Positions 25,481 to 47,100 of a stretch of DNA of 64,000 bases are shown here, piece by piece. The notes beneath the pieces are model-generated. The model saw nothing but the letters and a program-made list of their open reading frames with translations, made no database searches and had not been told where the DNA came from. Each line of letters opens with the position of its first letter. The first letter of the stretch is position 1. Origin of the DNA: Klebsormidium nitens (taxonomy: Eukaryota; Plantae; Klebsormidiophyceae); assembly GCA_000708835.1 (NCBI GenBank), contig DF237411.1:10937-74936 (forward strand). Direction: 5' to 3'. A program made the translations under genes and the position numbers.

Positions 25481-26949
25481 TCAGATAGCTAATTCTGTCT
25501 CGATAGAACGCTCCAGCAAGACCGATGCCTTGTCTAACAGCCCACTCTCTGTCCGAGATGCCATGACCCGCTGCAAAGTGGTATTCAAATCTGCTTCCCG
25601 CAGTGCGGCGATTGCCTCCGGGCCTTCACAGATTTTGACAAGCGAATCGAGCACCTGTTCGAGGGTCACATCATCCACCGACTCGTTGCGAACTATCCTT
25701 GCAAGCGAAGCAACTCCCCCCAGCTCCACGACCTTGCGCCTCCGCTTCTCCGTAGTGGCGATCATGGCGACTCGAGACGCACCGCTCCGCTGAAGGAAGG
25801 GGTCCTGCGAAACAACTTCGAAACTTATGGCAGAGACATAGTAGCGGAGCAGGTAAGTGGTGGTTAAGGAGTGGTTTCAGGAGGGATATGAATACGTGCA
25901 AGGTCGAGGTAGATGTTTCTTGCATGATCTACATGGGCAGTAATGGCACCCAAATCTCTGACAGATAACTTTCAAAATTCAGAAACTCCGACGAAGCCAG
26001 TTCGGGCTTCTGCTGACAAGTTCGCATAAACCCAGATGCTGTGGTTAGAATGAATAAGCAGGACTTTTGGTCCAGAAGTCCGGTTGACTCTGGGACTCTT
26101 GGCAACCATCTGACCCAGTCCAATCACAACGAGTAACAAAGAAAAGACCAGAATCTGGAAGCGAAGTACGATTGTCGATCCCATTAGCAAGGTGAACCTA
26201 AGCTACTCCTCACACAGGGTGACGCCAAAGCAGCTTGCTGCAAGTAGCCTCACCTTGCTCCGAGTCAGCGCCACCGCATGGGTTACCATACTCTCGCCCA
26301 TGAGCGGGTAGATGTTCCACCCAATGTACCCCAGCACCATTATTGCCAAAACTCGCACCACTTTACTCCCCTTTCTCTCTTCTTCACTCCCGCTAAATTG
26401 TGGCTGAGACGCCTCCCCACCGGGCCCCCCCGCCTCATGCACAGAGGTTGTTGCTCTTGCACCCCCAGATGAGAACTCTGGACTAGCGGCTGACGAGGCT
26501 AATGTCGCAGGCGCCGCTTGCGAGCGAGCTCTGGAAAGGTTCTCGGCTAACTTTGAGGAGATCGATTGGTTAACAACCTGGTTTGGCGGTTTCCCACTTG
26601 GAAGACCCGAAGCAAGCGCGGCTTTTTGGGGTTTGGGAGTTTTGGAGGTAGTCCTAGCAGAGGTTTTGACAGAGCGGAAAAGAAAGACGGAGGAAGAGAT
26701 GCTTGGAAAAGGTATGGGAGCGGGATGGGGCTGGCTGATGCTAGCTGATGCATTCTGCCCTGCGGAAGGCAGCCCCAAAACTGGCTTGGTCGCAATCTGA
26801 TCCCCAAGACATGTGCTATGCTTTGTCAAAGCCACCTCCACTGTTGTAAATCTTTGGGTTAGTATTGCGAATGCTTCACGCACGATGCTAGGAGCCGTTG
26901 CTTGCCGTGTAAAAGGTAGAAGCTTTGCTAACACGCTAGGAAGGGCCAT
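25481..26949 (-). CDS. ARM-repeat protein with a central transmembrane helix, probably organellar
   Basis: Exons 26949-26254 and 25804-25481 join in phase 0: ...LAIMVLGYIGWNIYPLMGESMVTHAVALTRSK|DPFLQRSGASRVAMIATTEKRRRKVVELGG... This resembles a conserved plant ARM family as I recall it (YPYMGD...KDPLFKRMGASRL...KVVEMGG). Confidence 0.82.
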
Positions 26950-27042
26950 CTCTGCTCTTGTATTCCTGCTATTCCTCGGATTCTAAGAGAAGCTCAATCG
27001 ATCGATCGCTGTTGCGTAAATGGCGGTATATGAAAGCCTGCT

Positions 27043-28055
27043 TCAGTCTGACTCCTCATCCACTTCAATTGGCTCCACTCCTTGCTCTGCCTTATGCTCC
27101 TCCACAGCCTTTTCAAAGGCGGCCTTCACGTGGTTGCACAGGACCGCAAGATCGCTCAGTGCGCTTTTGAAGACTGTTCTGGCAGATTCGCCTGAAACAG
27201 TGGAGCTGGCGTTAGCGTCCATATCAGTAACATCACGGCTGAGCTCAGGATACAAGACCCACTTCCTTTCAAACATTTTGAACCGCTTGGATAGAGCCCA
27301 GAAAAGAGATGACACCTCAGGGGAAGCAGATGACGACCTGCGAAATGGCAGTAGCACCACCTTTTTGAGAATCGGAGACCTGACAATATTTGAAAACCGT
27401 ATATCCATAGAGAATCAGGCTACAGATCAAGCGCACAAGCTGCAAAAACTTTTGACAAGCGTGATGAAAGCAAAGCACTGACCAGTAGTCTGCACACGGA
27501 CGTTCACCCTTTGCTCTGAAGGATGGGGGACGCTGTAGCCACAAAATGCCACACGAGGGCTGCAAATAAAAGGACAGGCAGTTAGCATGTGTCACACGAA
27601 AAGTGGCACCACCCATAAGAACAAGCAGGACTTTAAATACAGGCAAAAAGTAAGTATGGGTGTCAGCAACTTAACGATGATAAAGGTCTCACGAAGCACA
27701 AAACCTTCTTTGAAAAAGAGAAAGGCTTCAGAACCGGCAGAAGCTCGCTGCGTTTGCATATGTTTCGATTCAAATCAATGACTAACATGCTTTGATAATA
27801 AGCTCCACAGCATGGTCACCAAGCCTGCTAGCAATGAGGCAAAGTGGCGATTCGAAGCACAGAGGACGAAAGGGCGATGCCGGCAGCTTGTCCAGAAAGA
27901 GAGTCGACAAGTCACTTCGGAGGCGCTCACTCCTTGTTCAGGATGTACCGCAGAGCATTGCCAAGTGTGTGATCCTCGTCCTTGAGCGAGAAGGTGATGG
28001 CAGTGTTGTCCGCTTCGCTTCCAACCTCGGTCAGGCCGGCGCCGGCGGCAGCCAT
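27043..28055 (-). CDS. RPAC2: RNA polymerase I/III shared subunit AC19 (RPAC2/RPC19, Rpb11-like)
   Basis: Exons 28055-27931, 27559-27483 and 27191-27043 total 351 nt. They translate to MAAAG...ITFSLKDEDHTLGNALRYILNKDPRVAFCGYSVPHPSEQRVNVRVQTTGESARTVFKSALSDL...EESD*, containing the EDHTLGN and GYSVPHP signatures. None of the ORFs in the track covers the whole gene. Confidence 0.95.
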
Positions 28056-29072
28056 GACGGTTTTTCCCTCAGCGGGCAACTTGCCAAATGCGCTGTGGTA
28101 CCTGATGCCAATATTCCTAAAGCCTAAAGGTCAAAACGAGGCCATGCCAGCTCCAGCGCCAAGTTCGCGTAGTTACTGTTTTACTAGTGTACCGAAGGTA
28201 GAAAATTGGAAGAGAAGCCTGCTTCAAACTGGCAGTCAGAACCAATCCCAGTCTTGCAAGTTGCAGCTGGAGGTCCACGTGATACACGTGGGGCCTGGGC
28301 TGGTCGGGACAGTACACACGGACCCTGCCCCCGGGCCCACTGGGACACTAGCACAGTGACCGGTTGAAATCGATCGGGACGCCGTCCCTGGGCCAGATCG
28401 ATCTTCGTCTATGGCGTCGCTTCCACAATTAAGCGTTTATAGAATGCATGATGCCCTGCGCGACAAGCACCCAGCATGACGCACTTCGTAGTGCAGTAGA
28501 GGCAGACTTGAGAGAGGTTTGTGAAGGAGGCCGCCCTATTCTTCTCCTGTCCCGCTCAGGCGGTGCATGTGGCAATAGTAAGTCCTTACACTAGTGAATG
28601 ACATGGGTTGGAGCAAGATTAACGCCACGATCCTGGTGTTAGATCATCATAGTTCCTGGGTGCTGCAAACACCTCCAGGCGAAGAGGGCTAATCGAATGA
28701 TGTACGTTCAGATTGAGAGTCAACTAATGTTGAGAACGATTCGAAGCAGCATACGTCAATCGAGCTGGCAACAATCAGTCCCTAAATTAGCAGGTTAGCA
28801 AACAAGGAAGCATCTTTTCCATGACGAGATCACGAAACACGTTCCAAATATGCTGATCAAGCATCCCCAGGACTGTTGGGTCCCGTACACATGTCACGTC
28901 GCAAAGTGTCGATGTTTCAATCAGGAAACCATGCGATGATTTCCGGTCTGCCTCCGGATTTCACTGTGCAGCAAAACTTGAAAGGCGAAGAAGTGGTGGG
29001 GACGAGGACAACGGACTTCGCACGCTTGATTTACGTGCGTTCACGGAATTTCCAACCCGCTGGGCACTGCGC

Positions 29073-29546
29073 CTAAAGAACCGGTAGATTGCTCAGACTT
29101 GCATGGAGAGGGCCCCAGCTTTTCAATGTCGCCTGGAGAGATTGCAAACAACTTTTTTCTAGGCGCCTTAAAGTGTGCAATCGGCCATCGGTGCAATTGA
29201 GAATTACCAAGGGCCGTACCATCGACAACCGCTGCGTATCTGCATCCCAAAGCACCCCCACCGCCTCCCAAAAAGGCACCAGAACCTCTTCAACTTTGTG
29301 CGCAAAGTCTGGTATTGGTTCTGGGCCCGTTATTTGCTTGAGCCTGACGACGTGGGCCTTGGCACCGAAGCGGCAAAGGGGTGCACAATCATTTGGTGTT
29401 AACATTGTGCAACGGACCGGCACAAAAAATGAGCAGACCGCTGATGCAGATTCGATGCACTTTGAGTACGCACATTTGTGGGGTTGAATGGGCACCAGAC
29501 TTGACCGCACCAAGTCGATACTGATCCATGCATCAACGGTCCTCAT
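29073..29546 (-). CDS. Hypothetical protein or pseudogene fragment
   Basis: 157-codon ORF with a globular-looking composition (PIPDFAHKVEEVLVPFWEAVGVLWD...). No motif recognised. Confidence 0.25.
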   Translation of the reverse strand: MRTVDAWISIDLVRSSLVPIQPHKCAYSKCIESASAVCSFFVPVRCTMLTPNDCAPLCRFGAKAHVVRLKQITGPEPIPDFAHKVEEVLVPFWEAVGVLWDADTQRLSMVRPLVILNCTDGRLHTLRRLEKSCLQSLQATLKSWGPLHASLSNLPVL

Positions 29547-30899
29547 AAGTAACTCGATCCTGTTGCAATATATTCAAAGCAGCAATTTCGTGCTGGTTCT
29601 GCACCACTGATCACCTCGTCGTTGCAAACTGAGTTGTTTCTCTCCTTCAAAAAGCACCGCTGCCCACGAGACAATGTTAAAAGCTTCCGACCAAAGCAGG
29701 CTGATAAACACACCAAAATTTGCACGCAGGTTTTGTAAACCCTTTCGAGATGAATCTGGTAACTGGATTGTGGAGGAGTCACCAAACCACCAGAATAATC
29801 TCTGCAAGATCCATTTTTATGCCGACCTTGATCTGCGTGGGCTGCTCAAACCAGCCTCATCGATGGTGAGTTTGGGCTGAGCAAAAAAAGGTACACAGAA
29901 GTCGGTGACACACATCATCACAGCTGCCCCGAGTCTTTTTTTCAAGGTAAGATGTTGAAAGCCGCGGAGCACACTGTATGATTTCTGCTTGTCTGCTTTT
30001 GGGGCCAAACTCGCGATTACAACCATTCTGCATGATACTGAACGGTGAAAGTTAGCTTCGAAGGCCTTCCCGCTCAAATGTGGACAAAAAGCTTGCTGTG
30101 AAGCTTCGCCAAACCAGCTGACGATGTCAAAGCTGCCCAAATTAGTGATTCAACAAATTTCAAAATATTCAAGAATAAGTGGCACGAGGAATGGCAACTT
30201 CGAAACCAGTCGACTTGGAACACCTATTCTTTCATTGGAGTGGCCCATATGCATCTCGCAGGCACGAGATTCTCGTCCTCGAAATGCGATAAAAAGGGAG
30301 AGTCCGATGTAGTAGCTGCCATTGCAAGGCAGAACTGTACTTCGCGCTTGCAAGGTGACATAAGAGCTGTATCGAAGCCACTGATACGATAGAAGAGTCT
30401 TCGGCTCTGTCGAAGCCACAGAGCCTGAAGCCTTTCTCACATTGAACCCAAGCGCCCAGCTCACATTGAGACAGTCTTTTGAATGTGGGTAGCGGGCACT
30501 CATCCACCCGCTTCAATGACTGAATCTCGTGCTCGATGGATGCGAGTACTCCCCGAACCATCGACCACAAGTGGTTGATGACACCTACGATCCATGTTGG
30601 CGACAAGCACATTGGGACGCTCTGGGTCACTCGAACAGATTGGAAGCTCCTTCCGACCTGAGTCTATCCCGCACTCATGTTGCCACTTCATAGGAAAGTC
30701 AGGGCTGCATTTTGAAGCAGGCTACCAGTGCACCGGAGCAGAGGGTTGCGACGTTCGCAGCCGCTTGGACGCTAGAAGCTCGCTCCCCACCGTTCAAAGC
30801 TCGATCGACGGCGGATCTTAATGGCACCTGACCCACAAAATCCAAGATCCGGACTCGCGGTGTTTACATACTCGAGCATCCACCCGTCGTGCATGAAAT

Positions 30900-31174
30900 G
30901 GGGCTGTAGCTCAATTGGCAGAGCGCTGGAGCAAGTCTTGGGGAAGGATCGCGCTTTGACCCGCGTGTGTAGATCGGCCGTGAGCCGCGTGTGATGATTG
31001 GCCTTTGAGCCATGTGTGATTAGGGGATTATTGGCCTTGAGCCATGTGTGGTTAGGGGGGATTATCGGCCTTTGAGCCGCGTTTGGTGATCGGCCTTTGA
31101 GCCGCGTAGGTCTAGGTTCAGGCTTTGACCCGCTTGCTTAACCGGAGATGCGGGTTCGAAGCCCGCCAGCCCCA
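30900..31174 (+). ncRNA. tRNA-like Pol III gene with a ~200-nt repeat-filled insert in the anticodon region; identity not callable
   Basis: Acceptor stem GGGGCTG (30900-30906) / CAGCCCC (31167-31173) plus A at 31174. D arm GCTC-AATTGGCA-GAGC (A box). T arm GCGGG-TTCGAAG-CCCGC (B box). Partial anticodon stem CTGG/CCGG. TTTTT follows 6 nt downstream. Confidence 0.75.
30947..31135 (+). repeat. About 7 degenerate copies of a 24-33 bp unit (core ATCGGCCTTTGAGCCGCGTG) inside the tRNA-like gene
   Basis: Copies begin gatcgcgctttgacccgcg, gatcggccgtgagccgcg, gattggcctttgagccatg, tattggccttgagccatg, tatcggcctttgagccgcg, gatcggcctttgagccgcg and aggctttgacccgc. Confidence 0.85.
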
Positions 31175-31180
31175 CACAGC

Positions 31181-31185
31181 TTTTT
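31181..31185 (+). terminator. Putative Pol III oligo-dT terminator
   Basis: TTTTT lies 6 nt after the discriminator base of the tRNA-like gene. Confidence 0.65.
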
Positions 31186-32433
31186 GGAACCGTAAGAAAA
31201 GATGCATGTGCCCAAGCAAGGTGCTTGTTGAACGGTCGACGCTTGACAAAGAAAATGAAACACATGCATGCCCGGGTGAAGCGCCCAGGTCCTGAAGGGG
31301 GCAAAGCCGCAGGGGGAAGATCGATTGGCTTCTCCTATCCCTGGCAGTTCATTCATGTCAGGCTGACTATATCGGTTTGTGTACTTGGTCATGTCCATGG
31401 GACGTCTAGAAATTTGGACTAAGCTTGTCAGCTCCACGGTCGCGCAGGCCTGTGAAACATGATCCAATGCTCCGATGCACCGATCGATTGGCAGCGGGCC
31501 TGCACTTCTTCATAACATCCTTCGAAACATGCATGACCACCTCAGCCGCCCATGAAAACCTTTTTGCGACAGATTGACTTGCCATTTTGACCATTGGCCG
31601 TCGATATCCTGCATGTGCCCCGCGTCGGAGTGGCGGACATTATCGTTTCTGGCCAATCGAATCCAGCATGTGGCACTGATCGTATGAATTGTGATTGCCA
31701 GTGGCATGGCAGACATATAATCTGCATTGCGACTGTGCTTCATGTGTTATATCAAAGTACTCAGCATATAATATCAGTGCGCATGCATGCAATTCCACTG
31801 CGGGGCCCTGCATCGTACGAAATTGGTTACCGTAAACAATGATATCCGACATGATCACCCGTGTTAGTATGTTAATTCTACAACCAATCATTAGGACTCG
31901 ACGATCAGCAGCCTTCCATTTCAATTCACGCAGGCTAGATTTGAGTGACCTGCTTGCGGCATACATCATGCAGTGCATGGTCGAATACATATGGCCTCGA
32001 ACTGGGTACGCGAACATGCAGATCCGCAACTCGATCGAATTGGCGCCACCCGCCTCGGATCTATGTGCTGGCACATGATGGTCATGCATCATCATGCATG
32101 CGCATTGACAAGCAACCGTCCGTTTGCCAAGTCTTCAGTGGGGACTCGAAGCGGCTGAGCTCAACTGCATTGAAGCGCGGCCATGATGCGCCTATTACTA
32201 TGTACATGCTGGGAGTTAACTTGGGTTCATCTCGTCATACTTCCACGGAAATGTTGGTCAACTGGGAGCGCTCAGCATCCGCCATGAACGCACTAGATGT
32301 GGCCGCCACGAGTGGATGTGAAGATTCACCGCTTGCGAAATTGTTCCATTGCGGACAGATCAACAAGGTAGCATGCACTGCCTGGTTGGGGGCGGTCTCG
32401 ACTCTCTTATTGCGGCATCTATACAAGCCAACC

Positions 32434-42587
<10,154 letters not shown>

Positions 42588-43688
42588 GATTGACCTTATC
42601 AGACTCCTGGAGGGGCATGCAATATATTAGAGAAATCCTCATACAAGATGTTCAACACTGACTTTACACAACATAGCATAGGAACAGATTACACCACTTC
42701 AAGGAGCGGATCCTCGAAGGGCTTCTGGCTTCGCAGGCCCCAGATGTGCACTAAAAGTCTTTAAAGGTGACATGTTCAAACAGATTGTGGAAAGGTTGGT
42801 GCTGGCATGATAGGAGACCGGCGATGCGGCTAATTTGAACTTTCTAGAATGGTCTGGCGATGGCAAAAGGAAGGCAGACAGAGATGCTGAGAGCCATTGC
42901 CAGAAGCGTACAAAGCTGGTTGGGACAGCCCCGTAAAGCGAGCCGTGATAACAGTTTTGTCAAACACAAATTATCGTACCGGAGAGTACCACCAACGTGA
43001 TAAACGACGCGACATCAAAAAAAGTTTCTGAGATTGTCACTGTCCGCTCATGCAGATCTTCATTTACTCCATTCGGCCCACAGAAGCACGTAAAAATGTA
43101 CAAGAAAGATAAGAACGACCAACAGTCTATCCCTTCAATTATCTCGCGGACGCTGAAGTTGAAAAGTGGGACTGCATGGATTCATGCAACAAGCAGAAAA
43201 GTAGCTCGCAGAACCTTATTATGGATCTCTGAAACCCAGGCACCTGACTAAGGAGATCCACCCCAACCAACTGATGCCAAGGTGCTCGCTAAGGAAACGA
43301 GGTCTCACCAGAATAACCTCCCTCTTGCAGTGACAAACTGCAAGAAGTTAGCCCATACAAAGTTTGTGCTTGGAATGCAAGTTTTCCACAGACAACCTCC
43401 TCTTGGTGAGGCGATCGCAGTGGCCAGCTCTGTACTCTGAGCACTAAGCGCCTGTCACTAATGCGCTCAAAGTGTATACTCCAAATCCACCTGTGGAAAG
43501 CATACGAGTAATGGGTCTCTTGTTGTTACATACGACTTTTTGTCAACACTGATGCAGAAGCCCTGAAAACGAATGCTTTTGATGGAACTTAAAGCAGGTC
43601 AGCTCTTTCTGGCAATTCTGCGCTTCTCTTGCCGCTTGTTCCGAGCAGTTCTGGACGCCTCTGGACCCATCCCCTGGGAACACCTGGG

Positions 43689-43865
43689 AAACCCTAATTT
43701 AGGGTTCCGCTCTAGAGCTCGTCTTTTATAATATTGGGTTTTGACACTCGTTCTCAAGTGCATGCCTTTCGAACGGCCTCTAAGACCGAGACAGTATTAT
43801 CTAGTGTTAAGACGCTGATGCGCAAAAGTGGATAAGAACAATTTGAGCTGTCCCCCAAACCCTAA
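43689..43865. promoter_or_regulatory. Telo-box motifs in the divergent promoter between the UBP and ICMT-like genes
   Basis: AAACCCTAA at 43689-43697 sits in the palindrome AACCCTAA-T-TTAGGGTT (43690-43706). A second AAACCCTAA is at 43857-43865. Confidence 0.5.
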
Positions 43866-44139
43866 TTTTGCGCAGCAACTCGAACTGGCTTTCAACCTTC
43901 CTGCTTTGTTCTGCGGCCAAGAATCCTTGCGCCCGTTTTGGACAGCTTTTGAGCGAACGTAATACTGATAGAATGCAAGCATCCTTCTGAAATCTGTTCA
44001 GACGCAGCACAAGAAAGCAATTCAGCTGGACGGGCAGCGTGTGCAGCTGCTTGAGCCAGGTGCAGCCCATTGTCAGACATTGACCTCCGCATCAAATGTA
44101 GTGGTGGTGCAATCCAGGTCGGTGGCAATTGGACGCAGT

Positions 44140-47100
44140 ATGGCGCCCTCAGCCGCTCACTCTGCTTGCGCAAAGCTGACCAGTAATGCAGCTCCGGGGC
44201 TTCAACTGGGCAGCAACAGATGCCAGGAGAGCTCTGTGTTAAGTACCTTCTCTTGTCCCAGGGCTTCTTTCGCGTCAAGTTGCAGATATCTTCCATCTTA
44301 TGCTGGCAATTCGTCTCAAATGGGGTCTGCATGCGTGCCGTTGAATGCTGTTACGAGAGTCAGCGGTCCGCCAGCAAACGCACAGCATTTGCATCGGGAC
44401 AGTAACTCGCAAGCTTCAAGTGGGCGGCGCCAGCTTTTGATTGCTGGCAAAAGTCCTGTTGGTCATAAGCATCGGTGGCGTCAGCAAGGGTGTCCAGAAC
44501 AACAGGGAAGAGGGAAGTTGGTAATGGTGCGAGCGGCTGCTGATAATGGTCCTCCCGAGGGTGGCGCCTCCGAGTTGCCGGGGCCGGGAAAAGACGATCA
44601 GATTGTGAATGAGGTTGTGGGCCAAGCGAGGGATGCACTGAGGGGAGCCCTAGAATCCGCCACGAATCAGGCACTGGAGCGAGGTGCCGGGAGCGGGGAC
44701 AATCCTGAGAGTAGAGAGGAAGCACTAGAAGCGGCGATCGATGCAAATGCAGAGGGGGCGCTGGGGAGGGGGGCCGCCAGCCGCGAAGTGAGCGGGCGAG
44801 AGGAAGGTGACAGGTGGCAGGAAGAGGAGGGCGCCACTTCTTCCAGCCGCGCAAAGGGGGGAGAAGAGCAACGGCAGGATAGCCAGAGGCGCTTCGAAAC
44901 AGAAATGCGGCGGGACGTCGAGCAGAACACGGAGGCCCGGGGGTTTGTGGTGGACGAAAAGCTTCGAGACCCGAACAGAGTGCCGGCATTTGCGCCAGAA
45001 CAGCTCGGGGGAGGCGCGTATATGACCGTCCAGGAGCGAGGGGGAGAATCTGGCGGATCAGAAAAGCAGGAGGGGCGGAAGCTGCCGAAAAGCGGGTTTG
45101 TGGTGGATGATTTGGGGGACGGCGGGGGGGTGGAAGTGATTGGAGGAGGGGTGTCGGCGGGGCCAGATATTCTGACGCAGCGGTTGCGACGGAGTAGAAA
45201 GCGCCTTTTGATGAAGATGTTTCAGGGGCTTGAAGTGGGAGTGAAGACGGCAGTCACGGATCCAATGGTGAGTAGCGGTCCCAATTCCGATTCAAAGGTA
45301 CCAATTCAGATTCTTTGGTGGTCCTTCTTTGCAGCGACGAGTGCTGATGCAGAAATTACTCACGTTGTTCAAAATTACGAAGAGGCATTTAATTCAGCAA
45401 AACCAGGTATAAGTGCTGTGATAAAAGAGGGCGCCGTGAATTGTGGTGCACAAGGGAATGCCGAATTGTCACACCATCCGAGTCGGTGGCATATTGAATG
45501 CGCATTTGGAGCCCTTCGAAAAGGTTATCAAATGTTTGACAGAGTGCCTGCTCTAGCGGTGTCTTTAGGCCTGCTTGCCCTTGCTTTCGGCAGAGTGGAA
45601 CTTCATTTTGAACAATCAAAGCAACGCACCCACCTGCAATTCGTCCGATTGCTTTGCCTCTTTTTCCCCAGCTCCTTGCCTCTACCAATCAGCTGGGACA
45701 TGCATTGCTTGTTCTTTTTGCTTTGAATGTTGGCGCCTTCATGAAGAACCAACTTTTCGCATCATCCCCTTAAGCCTTTGTCAAGACCCCAGAGCTAGTG
45801 GCGGGAGTGTGACTTCACATGCACTCTTCTGCATGGAAGCGCAAAACTTTCGAGTCAATAACTATCAAAGCTGCTGTCACAGAGTCCAAGAAACAGGTCC
45901 AATCAGAGGTCGCCAAACCAGAGAAGCCCTCCCGTCTCCTGACCCCTCTGTCCATCTTCCTCTATGTATCTCACCAAGTAAGTCGCAAGCTAGGCGCGTG
46001 CTTTTCGACGCCCTGACATCCCTATGCTGTTTCTTGGCCTCCCCTCACATATCCTTCTTTTCTTTCAGGGCGCCATCGCCCTCCTCTGGTTCTTTCTCAC
46101 CCACCAAATCGAGCGCATCCTCGACTGGACAAACACTGGCGTTTGGTACTCCCGCCTCCTGAAGCTCGCCGGCGCCGCCTTCACTCTCCTCCCCCCCATT
46201 CTCCTCCTCGTTTCCTACCCCCTGGAATGGTTCCTCGTCACCCTCAACAACATCCTCACGGGGGACCCCCTAGCCAGTATCGGCTTTGGGCTGCAAGTGG
46301 CCCTGATCTACTACCCTATAACCTTCTCCGTTTTGGCCGCGATCGCCGGGCTCGAGGGCACGCGCCAGCTGGCGGTGTCCCGCGTGACGAACGACATCAG
46401 CCGCCCGTTCACACCGCAATTAATGCAGCTCGTGGGCATGGCGTGGTTCCTAATCATGGTGCCCGGCCTGCTTTTGTATAAGACGGCGATCGGCTGGGTG
46501 GGCTTCATGACGGCGTTCTATGTGTCGTTCTTCGTCAAGAGCGCCATCGCGCGATTCGTCGGGTACACGGTGCAGCGGACGGAGGGGGATCCCCAGTGGG
46601 CGCAGTCGCCGGCGAACCCGCGGGAAATCGACCCTGAGGTGAGGCATCTTCTTTGTTTTTCCATCTCGCAAAACCTTTTAAAAGCACTTTTCAGACTTCT
46701 TCAAAAGGATTGTAGTCTTCTTTTGACGCAAGTCCTCACCTAAGAGGCGCTTCTAATTTAAAACCTTCACAACATTGGATTTATCGAGACATGCTTACCG
46801 AACGTGCTCAAGCTTTTTCGGGCTTTTCTTGTAAGCACGTGCTCACCTGAGAGTCTCGTTCCAAAAGTCATTATCATTTTTCCGAAACTTTTCGGAGGGC
46901 TTTCGTGACCCCGAGAGGTCGTTCCAGACGATGTCATTCGCCGTCACATCTTGTAAGCGACATCTGGGCCCAAAGCCGCTCCAGGTCGTCGAGTCTCCGG
47001 ATGTGTAGTTGAGGGTTTTGAAAGGCCTAAGCAGCTGGCCCCAAGCATCATAAAACTCATTTCAGCTTTTCGCCACCATCAAGTATACTGCACGTTGTCC

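Noticed and set aside
28430-28860. Possible C/D-box snoRNAs (ATGATG motifs)
   Set aside because: I could not find properly spaced CTGA D boxes with terminal stems or rRNA-complementary guides.
30947-31135. CRISPR-like array
   Set aside because: The repeats are degenerate and abut each other without unique constant-length spacers. There are no cas genes and the DNA is eukaryotic.
30900-31174. tmRNA, since the GGGGCTG start and the GCGGGTTC...CCCGCCAGC end resemble bacterial ssrA
   Set aside because: It has a full D stem, a G3-C70 pair instead of G3-U70, no tag ORF and no encoded CCA. It also sits in a nuclear context with a Pol III terminator.
44041-45726. 561-aa single-exon protein as given in the track
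   Set aside because: The start is GTG, and a strong donor (ATG|GTGAGT) near 45267 joins the next exon in phase. The remainder is intron read-through.
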